A DNA stretch of 64,000 bases from Escherichia coli (GTDB lineage: Bacteria; Pseudomonadota; Gammaproteobacteria; Enterobacterales; Enterobacteriaceae): the NCBI RefSeq assembly GCF_003334305.1, contig NZ_QOWS01000013.1; one strand, written 5' to 3'. Of this stretch, positions 51,424 to 62,397 are shown one piece after another. The number at the start of each line of letters is the position of its first letter. Within the stretch, counting starts at the first letter, position 1. Both the position numbers and the translations under genes were made by a program. A model generated the notes under the pieces. That model made no database searches. It had not been told where the DNA came from and saw only the letters and a program-made list of their open reading frames with translations.

Positions 51424-52389
51424 ATGAAGCAGCAGGCAGGCATTGGCATTCTTTTGGCGCTCACCACAGCAATTTGCTGGGGGGCGTTGCCAATCGCAAT
51501 GAAGCAGGTGCTGGAGGTGATGGAACCTCCGACAATCGTGTTTTACCGTTTCTTGATGGCGAGTATTGGCCTTGGTGCCATTCTTGCGGTGAAGAAGAGG
51601 TTGCCGCCATTACGCGTGTTTCGTAAGCCACGCTGGTTGATTTTGTTGGCAGTGGCGACCGCCGGGCTGTTTGGGAACTTCATCCTGTTCAGCTCATCCT
51701 TGCAATACCTGAGTCCGACCGCTTCGCAGGTGATTGGGCAACTCTCGCCAGTTGGCATGATGGTTGCCAGCGTATTTATCCTGAAAGAGAAAATGCGCAG
51801 CACTCAGGTTGTAGGGGCATTGATGCTCCTGAGCGGCCTGGTGATGTTTTTTAACACCAGTCTGGTCGAGATATTTACAAAGCTCACCGATTACACCTGG
51901 GGAGTTATCTTTGGGGTCGGTGCGGCGACGGTTTGGGTGAGTTATGGCGTGGCGCAAAAGGTTTTATTGCGTCGGCTGGCCTCACCGCAGATCCTGTTTT
52001 TACTGTACACTTTATGTACAATTGCGCTCTTCCCTCTGGCAAAGCCTGGAGTGATAGCGCAGCTTAGCCACTGGCAGCTCGCATGTTTAATTTTTTGCGG
52101 ACTGAATACATTGGTAGGATATGGCGCCCTGGCGGAAGCGATGGCTCGCTGGCAGGCAGCGCAGGTGAGCGCGATCATCACGCTCACCCCACTGTTTACG
52201 CTGTTTTTTTCAGATCTTTTATCACTGGCCTGGCCCGATTTCTTCGCCAGACCGATGTTAAACCTTTTAGGTTATCTCGGTGCGTTTGTCGTGGTTGCGG
52301 GCGCGATGTATTCCGCCATTGGTCATCGTATTTGGGGCGGATTACGTAAGCATACAACGGTGGTATCGCAACCCCGCGCAGGCGAATGA
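51424..52389 (+). CDS. yhbE: EamA-family inner membrane transporter YhbE
   Basis: 321-aa polytopic membrane ORF; matches YhbE. Confidence 0.92.
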   Translation: MKQQAGIGILLALTTAICWGALPIAMKQVLEVMEPPTIVFYRFLMASIGLGAILAVKKRLPPLRVFRKPRWLILLAVATAGLFGNFILFSSSLQYLSPTASQVIGQLSPVGMMVASVFILKEKMRSTQVVGALMLLSGLVMFFNTSLVEIFTKLTDYTWGVIFGVGAATVWVSYGVAQKVLLRRLASPQILFLLYTLCTIALFPLAKPGVIAQLSHWQLACLIFCGLNTLVGYGALAEAMARWQAAQVSAIITLTPLFTLFFSDLLSLAWPDFFARPMLNLLGYLGAFVVVAGAMYSAIGHRIWGGLRKHTTVVSQPRAGE

Positions 52390-53577
<1,188 letters not shown>

Positions 53578-53582
53578 TCAGC

Positions 53583-53615
53583 AAAACCCCGGCCATGTGC
53601 CGGGGTTTCTTTTTG
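53583..53615. terminator. Bidirectional terminator between obgE and dacB
   Basis: AAAACCCCGGC-catgt-GCCGGGGTTTCTTTTT. Confidence 0.8.
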
Positions 53616-53616
53616 A

Positions 53617-55050
53617 CTAATTGTTCTGATAAATATCTTTATACAAACGGCTTTCAAAACGCACTAACGGAATACGGCGATTACGCTGATCCGCCGGTTC
53701 TACTGCATAGCCAGAAAGATATTGTACAAACGCCATTCGTTGCCCGCTCGCTGTGGTAATGAATCCCGCCAGGTTATATACCCCCTGCAACGAACCGGTT
53801 TTCGCTGAGACTTTTCCATCCACGCCCGCCTGATGCAGACCTGCACGGTACTGCAAAGAGCCGTCATAGCCCGCAAGCGGCAGCATGGAGATAAAGTTAA
53901 GTTCATTGTCGTGTTGGGCAATGTATTGCAGCACCTGCATCATGGTGGCGGGGGCAATCAGGTTATGCCGCGAAAGCCCTGAACCATCGGCAATAATGGT
54001 GTTTCCAATATCGACACCGGCTTGCTGGCGCAGGATCTGACGCACGGCGTCCGACCCGGCCCGCCATGTTCCAGGCACATTGAAGCGCGCATGGCCTATC
54101 ATGCGGAAAACCGTATCGGCGATCATGTTGTCCGACTTTTTCAGCATAATCTTAAGCAGATCGTGCAACGGGGCCGACTGTTTACTGGCAACTACCGTTC
54201 CAGGTTCGTTAACCTGAGTCTGGCGCAGCAGTGTTCCGCTCCAGGTGATACCTGCCTGTTTTAACTCATCTTTCAGAATTGCCCCGGCATAGCTGGCTCC
54301 ATCCTGCACGGCAAAAGCCAACGGGAGCGGCTCAGAACGTTGTGGCAGGCATCCCGTCAGCGTAAAGCGGTTCAGGTCGCCTGGTACGACATCCAGTTCG
54401 CAGTATTGCGCTTCGGCAGAACCTCGGGGGAGGGTGCGTACCTGGCTGAACATCGTAACGGGGTAATAAGATGCCACGCGTATAAAAGCCATATCACCAG
54501 GTTTTGGGGCACTGTAGAGCGAGACGGAGAAACAGTTGCGGTCAACTATGGCAGCGGCAGGCGGAGCGCTAAAGCATTGTGTCATGTCATTCCATGGCCA
54601 GCCGGGGGCTTTATCGTGGCTGGCGAAAATGGAGGTATCTATCAACACATTGCCATCGATTTGGTTGACGCCAGATTTTTTCAAAGTCGCGACCATATTG
54701 CGAATATCCTGACGTTTTAACGTCGGATCGGCACCAAATCGCGCCACTAAGTCACCCTTAAGTACGCCGTTTTCCACATTGCCTTTGGTTTCAAGCGTCG
54801 TGGTGAAACGAAAATCGGGGCCGAGTTGAATCAACGCCGCCAGCGCAGTAATCACTTTCTGCGTACTGGCGGGCAGCGCCATCTGCTGACTGTGGTAATC
54901 AATAGCGGGGGCCGACGCGCCGACTTTTTGCACCATCAGGGCAAGGTTGGCACCAGCGGGGAGTTGAGTAACGTACTCATCAACATTCGCGGCCTGAACA
55001 CTGAACGCTATACAGCTGGTCAATCCGATGATAAATCTGGAAAATCGCAT
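53617..55050 (-). CDS. dacB: D-alanyl-D-alanine carboxypeptidase/endopeptidase PBP4
   Basis: 477-aa ORF with signal peptide and SxxK motif (STQKVITA); matches DacB. Confidence 0.95.
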   Translation of the reverse strand: MRFSRFIIGLTSCIAFSVQAANVDEYVTQLPAGANLALMVQKVGASAPAIDYHSQQMALPASTQKVITALAALIQLGPDFRFTTTLETKGNVENGVLKGDLVARFGADPTLKRQDIRNMVATLKKSGVNQIDGNVLIDTSIFASHDKAPGWPWNDMTQCFSAPPAAAIVDRNCFSVSLYSAPKPGDMAFIRVASYYPVTMFSQVRTLPRGSAEAQYCELDVVPGDLNRFTLTGCLPQRSEPLPLAFAVQDGASYAGAILKDELKQAGITWSGTLLRQTQVNEPGTVVASKQSAPLHDLLKIMLKKSDNMIADTVFRMIGHARFNVPGTWRAGSDAVRQILRQQAGVDIGNTIIADGSGLSRHNLIAPATMMQVLQYIAQHDNELNFISMLPLAGYDGSLQYRAGLHQAGVDGKVSAKTGSLQGVYNLAGFITTASGQRMAFVQYLSGYAVEPADQRNRRIPLVRFESRLYKDIYQNN

Positions 55051-55169
55051 AATCTCGCGCTAACAACCTGGAATCGAGCCGTCATACTACGGCGCAACGC
55101 CCTATAAAGTAAACGATGACCCTTCGGGAACTTCAGGGTAAAATGACTATCAAAATGTGAATTGTAGCT

Positions 55170-55203
55170 GACCTGGGACTTGTACCCGGGTCGGTATTTT
55201 TTT
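55170..55203 (+). terminator. Intrinsic terminator in the greA leader (3' end of the GraL leader RNA)
   Basis: GACCTGGG-acttgta-CCCGGGTC hairpin followed by GGTATTTTTTT, ~95 nt upstream of the greA ATG. Confidence 0.55.
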
Positions 55204-55297
55204 GCTTCTGGTCCCGGTGAGGAGTTATGCCGGGCAGGCCGAACAGCCGGGGTGGGTGAAGACTTGCCCCATCAGGAATATTCAAGAGGTATAACAA

Positions 55298-55774
<477 letters not shown>

Positions 55775-55814
55775 GAATTACCCAATACTCAAGATGTTGA
55801 TGTATTGTAAAGAA

Positions 55815-55845
55815 AGGAAAAAGGCCGCTATGCGGCCTTTTATCA
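55815..55845. terminator. Bidirectional terminator between greA and yhbY
   Basis: AAGGCCGC-tat-GCGGCCTT flanked by A-rich and T-rich runs. Confidence 0.65.
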
Positions 55846-55929
55846 ACGAACAGAGCGTGGCATTTTGCTCTCCTGCCTGCGGAAAACCCCTCGTTTTACA
55901 CAGCAAATGTGTGTAACTTTAGGATAATC

Positions 55930-56223
55930 TTAGCGTGGCAGCGAGATTTTACGTTCTTTAGTTGGGCGATAAAGCACCAGCGTTTTACCGATGACCTGTA
56001 CATTACAGGCGCCGGTTTCGCGCACGATAGCTTCCACGATCAAGGTTTTAGTTTCGCGATCTTCGGTGGCGATTTTCACCTTGATGAGTTCATGGTGCTC
56101 TAACGCTTGTTCAATCTCGGCCAGCACCCCTTCGGTCAAACCATTACTGCCAAGCAGAACAACTGGCTTGAGCGGATGTGCCAGACCTTTCAGGTGCTGT
56201 TTTTGTTTAGTACTCAGATTCAT
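55930..56223 (-). CDS. yhbY: RNA-binding protein YhbY (CRS1/YhbY domain)
   Basis: 97-aa ORF; matches YhbY. Confidence 0.94.
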   Translation of the reverse strand: MNLSTKQKQHLKGLAHPLKPVVLLGSNGLTEGVLAEIEQALEHHELIKVKIATEDRETKTLIVEAIVRETGACNVQVIGKTLVLYRPTKERKISLPR

Positions 56224-56348
56224 CGTATTTTTTGCTTACGTTGGGATTGAAAACGGGTCATTCTACCGCCATCTCCCATATATCACCAAATAGGCGCGTA
56301 AAAATTTACGCAATTGGTTACGATGAGTTATCCCCATGGGAAAGTTAA

Positions 56349-56978
56349 ATGACAGGTAAGAAGCGTTCTGCCAGCTCCAGCCGCTGGCTTCAGGAACACT
56401 TTAGCGATAAATATGTTCAACAGGCACAGAAAAAGGGGTTACGTTCCCGTGCCTGGTTTAAACTTGATGAAATACAGCAAAGTGACAAACTCTTTAAACC
56501 GGGAATGACGGTTGTCGACCTTGGTGCTGCTCCGGGTGGTTGGTCACAATATGTGGTCACCCAAATTGGCGGCAAAGGCCGCATCATCGCTTGCGATCTT
56601 TTACCTATGGATCCTATCGTTGGTGTGGACTTTCTTCAGGGCGATTTTCGTGATGAACTGGTGATGAAAGCACTGCTGGAGCGCGTTGGCGACAGCAAAG
56701 TCCAGGTTGTCATGTCCGATATGGCACCAAACATGAGCGGAACACCGGCGGTGGATATCCCCCGTGCCATGTATCTGGTGGAACTGGCGTTAGAAATGTG
56801 TCGTGATGTATTAGCGCCAGGTGGCAGTTTTGTAGTGAAGGTGTTCCAGGGCGAAGGTTTCGATGAGTATCTAAGGGAAATTCGCTCCCTGTTTACGAAG
56901 GTCAAAGTTCGTAAGCCGGACTCTTCTCGTGCACGTTCGCGGGAAGTGTATATTGTAGCGACCGGGCGTAAACCCTAA
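56349..56978 (+). CDS. rlmE: 23S rRNA 2'-O-ribose U2552 methyltransferase RlmE (FtsJ)
   Basis: 209-aa ORF with SAM-binding motif ([11 protein letters not shown]); matches RlmE. Confidence 0.96.
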
Positions 56979-57077
56979 CCGGGAGATTTCAGACGAAAGT
57001 TTGAAAGATGCTGGATATAGAGTATCCTGACGCTGTTTTTAACACAGTTGTAATAAGAGGTTAATCCCTTGAGTGAC

Positions 57078-59012
57078 ATGGCGAAAAACCTAATACTCTG
57101 GCTGGTCATTGCCGTTGTGCTGATGTCAGTATTCCAGAGCTTTGGGCCCAGCGAGTCTAATGGCCGTAAGGTGGATTACTCTACCTTCCTACAAGAGGTC
57201 AATAACGACCAGGTTCGTGAAGCGCGTATCAACGGACGTGAAATCAACGTTACCAAGAAAGATAGTAACCGTTATACCACTTACATTCCGGTTCAGGATC
57301 CGAAATTACTGGATAACCTGTTGACCAAGAACGTCAAGGTTGTCGGTGAACCGCCTGAAGAACCAAGCCTGCTGGCTTCTATCTTCATCTCCTGGTTCCC
57401 GATGCTGTTGCTGATTGGTGTCTGGATCTTCTTCATGCGTCAAATGCAGGGCGGCGGTGGCAAAGGTGCCATGTCGTTTGGTAAGAGCAAAGCGCGCATG
57501 CTGACGGAAGATCAGATCAAAACGACCTTTGCTGACGTTGCGGGCTGCGACGAAGCAAAAGAAGAAGTTGCTGAACTGGTAGAGTATCTGCGCGAGCCGA
57601 GCCGCTTCCAGAAACTCGGCGGTAAGATCCCGAAAGGCGTCCTGATGGTCGGTCCTCCGGGTACCGGTAAAACGTTGCTGGCGAAAGCGATTGCAGGCGA
57701 AGCGAAAGTTCCGTTCTTTACTATCTCCGGTTCTGACTTCGTAGAAATGTTCGTCGGTGTGGGTGCATCCCGTGTTCGTGACATGTTCGAACAGGCGAAG
57801 AAAGCGGCACCGTGCATCATCTTTATCGATGAAATCGACGCCGTAGGCCGCCAGCGTGGCGCTGGTCTGGGCGGTGGTCACGATGAACGTGAACAGACTC
57901 TGAACCAGATGCTGGTTGAGATGGATGGCTTCGAAGGTAACGAAGGTATCATCGTTATCGCCGCGACTAACCGTCCGGACGTTCTCGACCCGGCCCTGCT
58001 GCGTCCTGGCCGTTTCGACCGTCAGGTTGTGGTCGGCTTGCCAGATGTTCGCGGTCGTGAGCAGATCCTGAAAGTTCACATGCGTCGCGTACCATTGGCC
58101 CCCGATATCGACGCGGCAATCATTGCCCGTGGTACTCCTGGTTTCTCCGGTGCTGACCTGGCGAACCTGGTGAACGAAGCGGCACTGTTCGCTGCTCGTG
58201 GCAACAAACGCGTTGTGTCGATGGTTGAGTTCGAGAAAGCGAAAGACAAAATCATGATGGGTGCGGAACGTCGCTCCATGGTGATGACGGAAGCGCAGAA
58301 AGAATCAACGGCTTACCACGAAGCGGGTCATGCGATTATCGGTCGCCTGGTGCCGGAACACGATCCGGTGCACAAAGTGACGATTATCCCACGCGGTCGT
58401 GCGCTGGGTGTGACTTTCTTCTTGCCTGAGGGCGACGCAATCAGCGCCAGCCGTCAGAAACTGGAAAGCCAGATTTCTACGCTGTACGGTGGTCGTCTGG
58501 CAGAAGAGATCATCTATGGGCCGGAACATGTTTCTACCGGTGCGTCCAACGATATTAAAGTTGCGACCAATCTGGCACGTAACATGGTGACCCAGTGGGG
58601 CTTCTCTGAGAAATTGGGTCCACTGCTGTACGCGGAAGAAGAAGGTGAAGTATTCCTCGGCCGTAGCGTAGCGAAAGCGAAACATATGTCCGATGAAACT
58701 GCACGTATCATCGACCAGGAAGTGAAAGCACTGATTGAGCGTAACTATAATCGTGCGCGTCAGCTTCTGACCGACAATATGGATATTCTGCATGCGATGA
58801 AAGATGCTCTCATGAAATATGAGACTATCGACGCACCGCAGATTGATGACCTGATGGCACGTCGCGATGTACGTCCGCCAGCGGGCTGGGAAGAACCAGG
58901 CGCTTCTAACAATTCTGGCGACAATGGTAGTCCAAAGGCTCCTCGTCCGGTTGATGAACCGCGTACGCCGAACCCGGGTAACACCATGTCAGAGCAGTTA
59001 GGCGACAAGTAA
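57078..59012 (+). CDS. ftsH: ATP-dependent zinc metalloprotease FtsH
   Basis: ORF-track ORF 57069..59012 (TTG) trimmed to ATG 57078 (MAKNLILW...), 644 aa; AAA+ Walker A (GPPGTGKT) and HEAGH zinc motif; matches FtsH. Confidence 0.95.
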
Positions 59013-59043
59013 GTTCCCGCATCAGATGACTGTATTTGTACCG

Positions 59044-59073
59044 AAAACCCCGGGGCGTGCTCCGGGGTTTTTT
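59044..59073 (+). terminator. Rho-independent terminator after ftsH
   Basis: AAAACCCCGG-ggcgtgct-CCGGGGTTTTTT. Confidence 0.75.
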
Positions 59074-59101
59074 CTTATCAATTCATACCAGGGATAACAT
59101 C

Positions 59102-59950
59102 ATGAAACTCTTTGCCCAGGGTACTTCACTGGACCTTAGCCATCCTCACGTAATGGGGATCCTCAACGTCACGCCTGATTCCTTTTCGGATGGTGGCACG
59201 CATAACTCGCTGATAGATGCGGTGAAACATGCGAATCTGATGATCAATGCTGGCGCGACGATCATTGACGTTGGTGGCGAGTCCACGCGCCCAGGGGCGG
59301 CGGAAGTTAGCGTTGAAGAAGAGTTGCAACGTGTTATTCCTGTGGTTGAGGCAATTGCTCAACGCTTCGAAGTCTGGATCTCGGTCGATACATCCAAACC
59401 AGAAGTCATCCGTGAGTCAGCGAAAGTTGGCGCTCACATTATTAATGATATCCGCTCCCTTTCCGAACCTGGCGCTCTGGAGGCGGCTGCAGAAACCGGT
59501 TTACCGGTTTGTCTGATGCATATGCAGGGAAATCCAAAAACCATGCAGGAAGCTCCGAAGTATGACGATGTCTTTGCAGAAGTGAATCGCTACTTTATTG
59601 AGCAAATAGCACGTTGCGAGCAGGCGGGTATCGCAAAAGAGAAATTGTTGCTCGACCCCGGATTCGGTTTCGGTAAAAATCTCTCCCATAACTATTCATT
59701 ACTGGCGCGCCTGGCTGAATTTCACCATTTCAACCTGCCGCTGTTGGTGGGTATGTCACGAAAATCGATGATTGGGCAGCTGCTGAACGTGGGGCCGTCC
59801 GAGCGCCTGAGCGGTAGTCTGGCCTGTGCGGTCATTGCCGCAATGCAAGGCGCGCACATCATTCGTGTTCATGACGTCAAAGAAACCGTAGAAGCGATGC
59901 GGGTGGTGGAAGCCACTCTGTCTGCAAAGGAAAACAAACGCTATGAGTAA
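59102..59950 (+). CDS. folP: Dihydropteroate synthase
   Basis: ORF-track ORF 59036..59950 trimmed to ATG 59102 ([12 protein letters not shown]...), 282 aa; matches FolP. Confidence 0.95.
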
Positions 59951-61280
59951 TCGTAAATATTTCGGTACCGATGGGATTCGTGGTCGTGTAGGGGATGCGC
60001 CGATCACACCTGATTTTGTGCTTAAGCTGGGTTGGGCCGCGGGTAAAGTGCTGGCGCGCCACGGCTCCCGTAAGATTATTATTGGTAAAGACACGCGTAT
60101 TTCTGGCTATATGCTGGAGTCAGCACTGGAAGCGGGTCTGGCGGCAGCGGGCCTTTCCGCACTCTTCACTGGCCCGATGCCAACACCGGCCGTGGCTTAT
60201 CTGACGCGTACCTTCCGCGCAGAGGCCGGAATTGTGATATCTGCATCGCATAACCCGTTCTACGATAATGGCATTAAATTCTTCTCTATCGACGGCACCA
60301 AACTGCCGGATGCGGTAGAAGAGGCCATCGAAGCGGAAATGGAAAAGGAGATCAGCTGCGTTGATTCGGCAGAACTGGGTAAAGCCAGCCGTATCGTTGA
60401 TGCCGCGGGTCGCTATATCGAGTTTTGCAAAGCCACGTTCCCGAACGAACTTAGCCTCAGTGAACTGAAGATTGTGGTGGATTGTGCAAACGGTGCGACT
60501 TATCACATCGCGCCGAACGTGCTGCGCGAACTGGGGGCGAACGTTATCGCTATCGGTTGTGAGCCAAACGGTGTAAACATCAATGCCGAAGTGGGGGCTA
60601 CCGACGTTCGCGCGCTCCAGGCTCGTGTGCTGGCTGAAAAAGCGGATCTCGGTATTGCCTTCGACGGCGATGGCGATCGCGTGATTATGGTTGACCATGA
60701 AGGCAATAAAGTCGATGGCGATCAGATCATGTATATCATCGCGCGTGAAGGTCTTCGTCAGGGCCAGCTGCGTGGTGGCGCTGTGGGTACATTGATGAGC
60801 AACATGGGGCTTGAACTGGCGCTGAAACAGTTAGGAATTCCATTTGCGCGCGCGAAAGTGGGTGACCGCTACGTACTGGAAAAAATGCAGGAGAAAGGCT
60901 GGCGTATCGGTGCAGAGAATTCCGGTCATGTGATCCTGCTGGATAAAACTACTACCGGTGACGGCATCGTTGCTGGCTTGCAGGTGCTGGCGGCGATGGC
61001 ACGTAACCATATGAGCCTGCACGACCTTTGCAGCGGCATGAAAATGTTCCCGCAGATTCTGGTTAACGTACGTTACACCGCAGGTAGCGGCGATCCACTT
61101 GAGCATGAGTCAGTTAAAGCCGTGACCGCAGAGGTTGAAGCTGCGCTGGGCAACCGTGGACGCGTGTTGCTGCGTAAATCCGGCACCGAACCGTTAATTC
61201 GCGTGATGGTGGAAGGCGAAGACGAAGCGCAGGTGACTGAATTTGCACACCGCATCGCCGATGCAGTAAAAGCCGTTTAA
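59943..61280 (+). CDS. glmM: Phosphoglucosamine mutase
   Basis: 445-aa ORF with active-site Ser motif (SASHNP); overlaps folP stop by 8 bp; matches GlmM. Confidence 0.96.
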
Positions 61281-61299
61281 AGCGTTAGATAACTGGCTA

Positions 61300-61328
61300 A
61301 AAAGGCGGCGATTGTCGCCTTTTTTCTC
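61300..61328 (+). terminator. Possible terminator after glmM
   Basis: Short GGCGA-ttg-TCGCC hairpin followed by TTTTTT. Confidence 0.45.
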
Positions 61329-61507
61329 AGCGAACACATCGGTTTTGCTGTTTTTTTCCGCAGTTGATACAATGCGATAAAATTGCCCTTGCGAAGGTCA
61401 TTCGCTTTGGTTAGTATTCACACCCGCTTCAGTGGGAAAGATTAAAAACTCCCGCTTTATTGGTTGAAGCATTGGTACGCGGCAACTCCGCAAGGAACAG
61501 GTTGATT

Positions 61508-61840
61508 ATGTACGAAGCTCTTTTAGTAGTTTTCCTTATTGTGGCAATTGGCCTTGTTGGTCTGATCATGCTGCAGCAAGGTAAAGGCGCTGATATGGGA
61601 GCCTCCTTCGGAGCAGGCGCTTCCGCTACGCTGTTTGGTTCAAGTGGTTCTGGTAACTTCATGACCCGCATGACGGCGCTGCTGGCAACGTTATTCTTCA
61701 TCATCAGTCTGGTGCTGGGTAACATCAATAGCAACAAAACCAATAAAGGTAGCGAATGGGAAAATCTGAGTGCACCGGTGAAAACCGAACAAACCCAACC
61801 AGCTGCTCCGGCTAAGCCGACCAGCGATATCCCGAACTAA
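61508..61840 (+). CDS. secG: Protein translocase subunit SecG
   Basis: ORF-track ORF 61460..61840 trimmed to ATG 61508 (MYEALLVVFLIVAIG...), 110 aa; matches SecG. Confidence 0.94.
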   Translation: MYEALLVVFLIVAIGLVGLIMLQQGKGADMGASFGAGASATLFGSSGSGNFMTRMTALLATLFFIISLVLGNINSNKTNKGSEWENLSAPVKTEQTQPAAPAKPTSDIPN

Positions 61841-61854
61841 AAAGTAGTATCCGT

Positions 61855-61941
61855 GCCGAGGTGGTGGAATTGGTAGACACGCTACCTTGAGGTGGTAGTG
61901 CCCAATAGGGCTTACGGGTTCAAGTCCCGTCCTCGGTACCA
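61855..61941 (+). tRNA. leuU: tRNA-Leu (anticodon GAG), leuU
   Basis: 87-nt sequence GCCGAGGTGGTGGAATTGGTAGACACGCTACCTTGAGGTGGTAGTGCCCAATAGGGCTTACGGGTTCAAGTCCCGTCCTCGGTACCA: acceptor stem pairs with the 3' end, long variable arm typical of tRNA-Leu, encoded CCA; directly downstream of secG as in the reference. Confidence 0.9.
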
Positions 61942-61954
61942 AATTCCAGAAAAG

Positions 61955-61980
61955 AGACGCTGAAAAGCGTCTTTTTTCGT
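61955..61980 (+). terminator. Rho-independent terminator after leuU
   Basis: AGACGCT-gaaa-AGCGTCT followed by TTTTTTCGTTTT. Confidence 0.8.
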
Positions 61981-62397
61981 TTTGGTCCTGGTCTGAGGAA
62001 TGGTTGTCAGGTATCTGTATCTCGTCCAGTTGCTTTACTCGTAGCTGGTACCTTGAAACGATGGTGCCGGTACGCCTTAGTTATAAACTTTTCCCTTCTG
62101 CTGACATAATTGGCACTTTATTGTGTCAACTCCAGTTCCGGTACGAATACGGATATGTTTACTTCTCGATAAACCATCCTGCTCCTGTCAGTATAACTAC
62201 TGATGGCTACGTTCTGCGTAATGTTTAGAGACGCATTGATAATGTTATTTAATTACTGAGAACAATGGCCGCATCATTTAAAAAGAAAAAACTAACAGTG
62301 TTTCGGTCTGATATGGATCAGAGTTGAAAAACATGTCTGATATAAAATTGAACATTGTTGATAATTGTTTATATTGGTTGTGAACTTGGATTTCTGG

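Noticed and set aside
56247-56280. Sigma-32 heat-shock promoter for rlmE-ftsH
   Set aside because: The operon is known to be heat-shock regulated, but the TTGAAA and CCCATAT elements I found are 22 nt apart, outside the 13-15 nt spacing expected; I could not place the promoter confidently.
57306-58079. 257-aa minus-strand ORF inside ftsH, and similar antisense ORFs inside nanA (18043..18627), dcuD (15273..15899), degQ (9639..10319), glmM (60120..60698) and rpoN (38894..39334)
   Set aside because: All lie opposite strongly supported conserved genes and lack translation signals; treated as antisense artefacts.
62004-62228. 74-codon ORF downstream of leuU
   Set aside because: No Shine-Dalgarno sequence, Cys/Ser-rich low-complexity start, and it lies in the yhbX promoter region; most likely non-coding.
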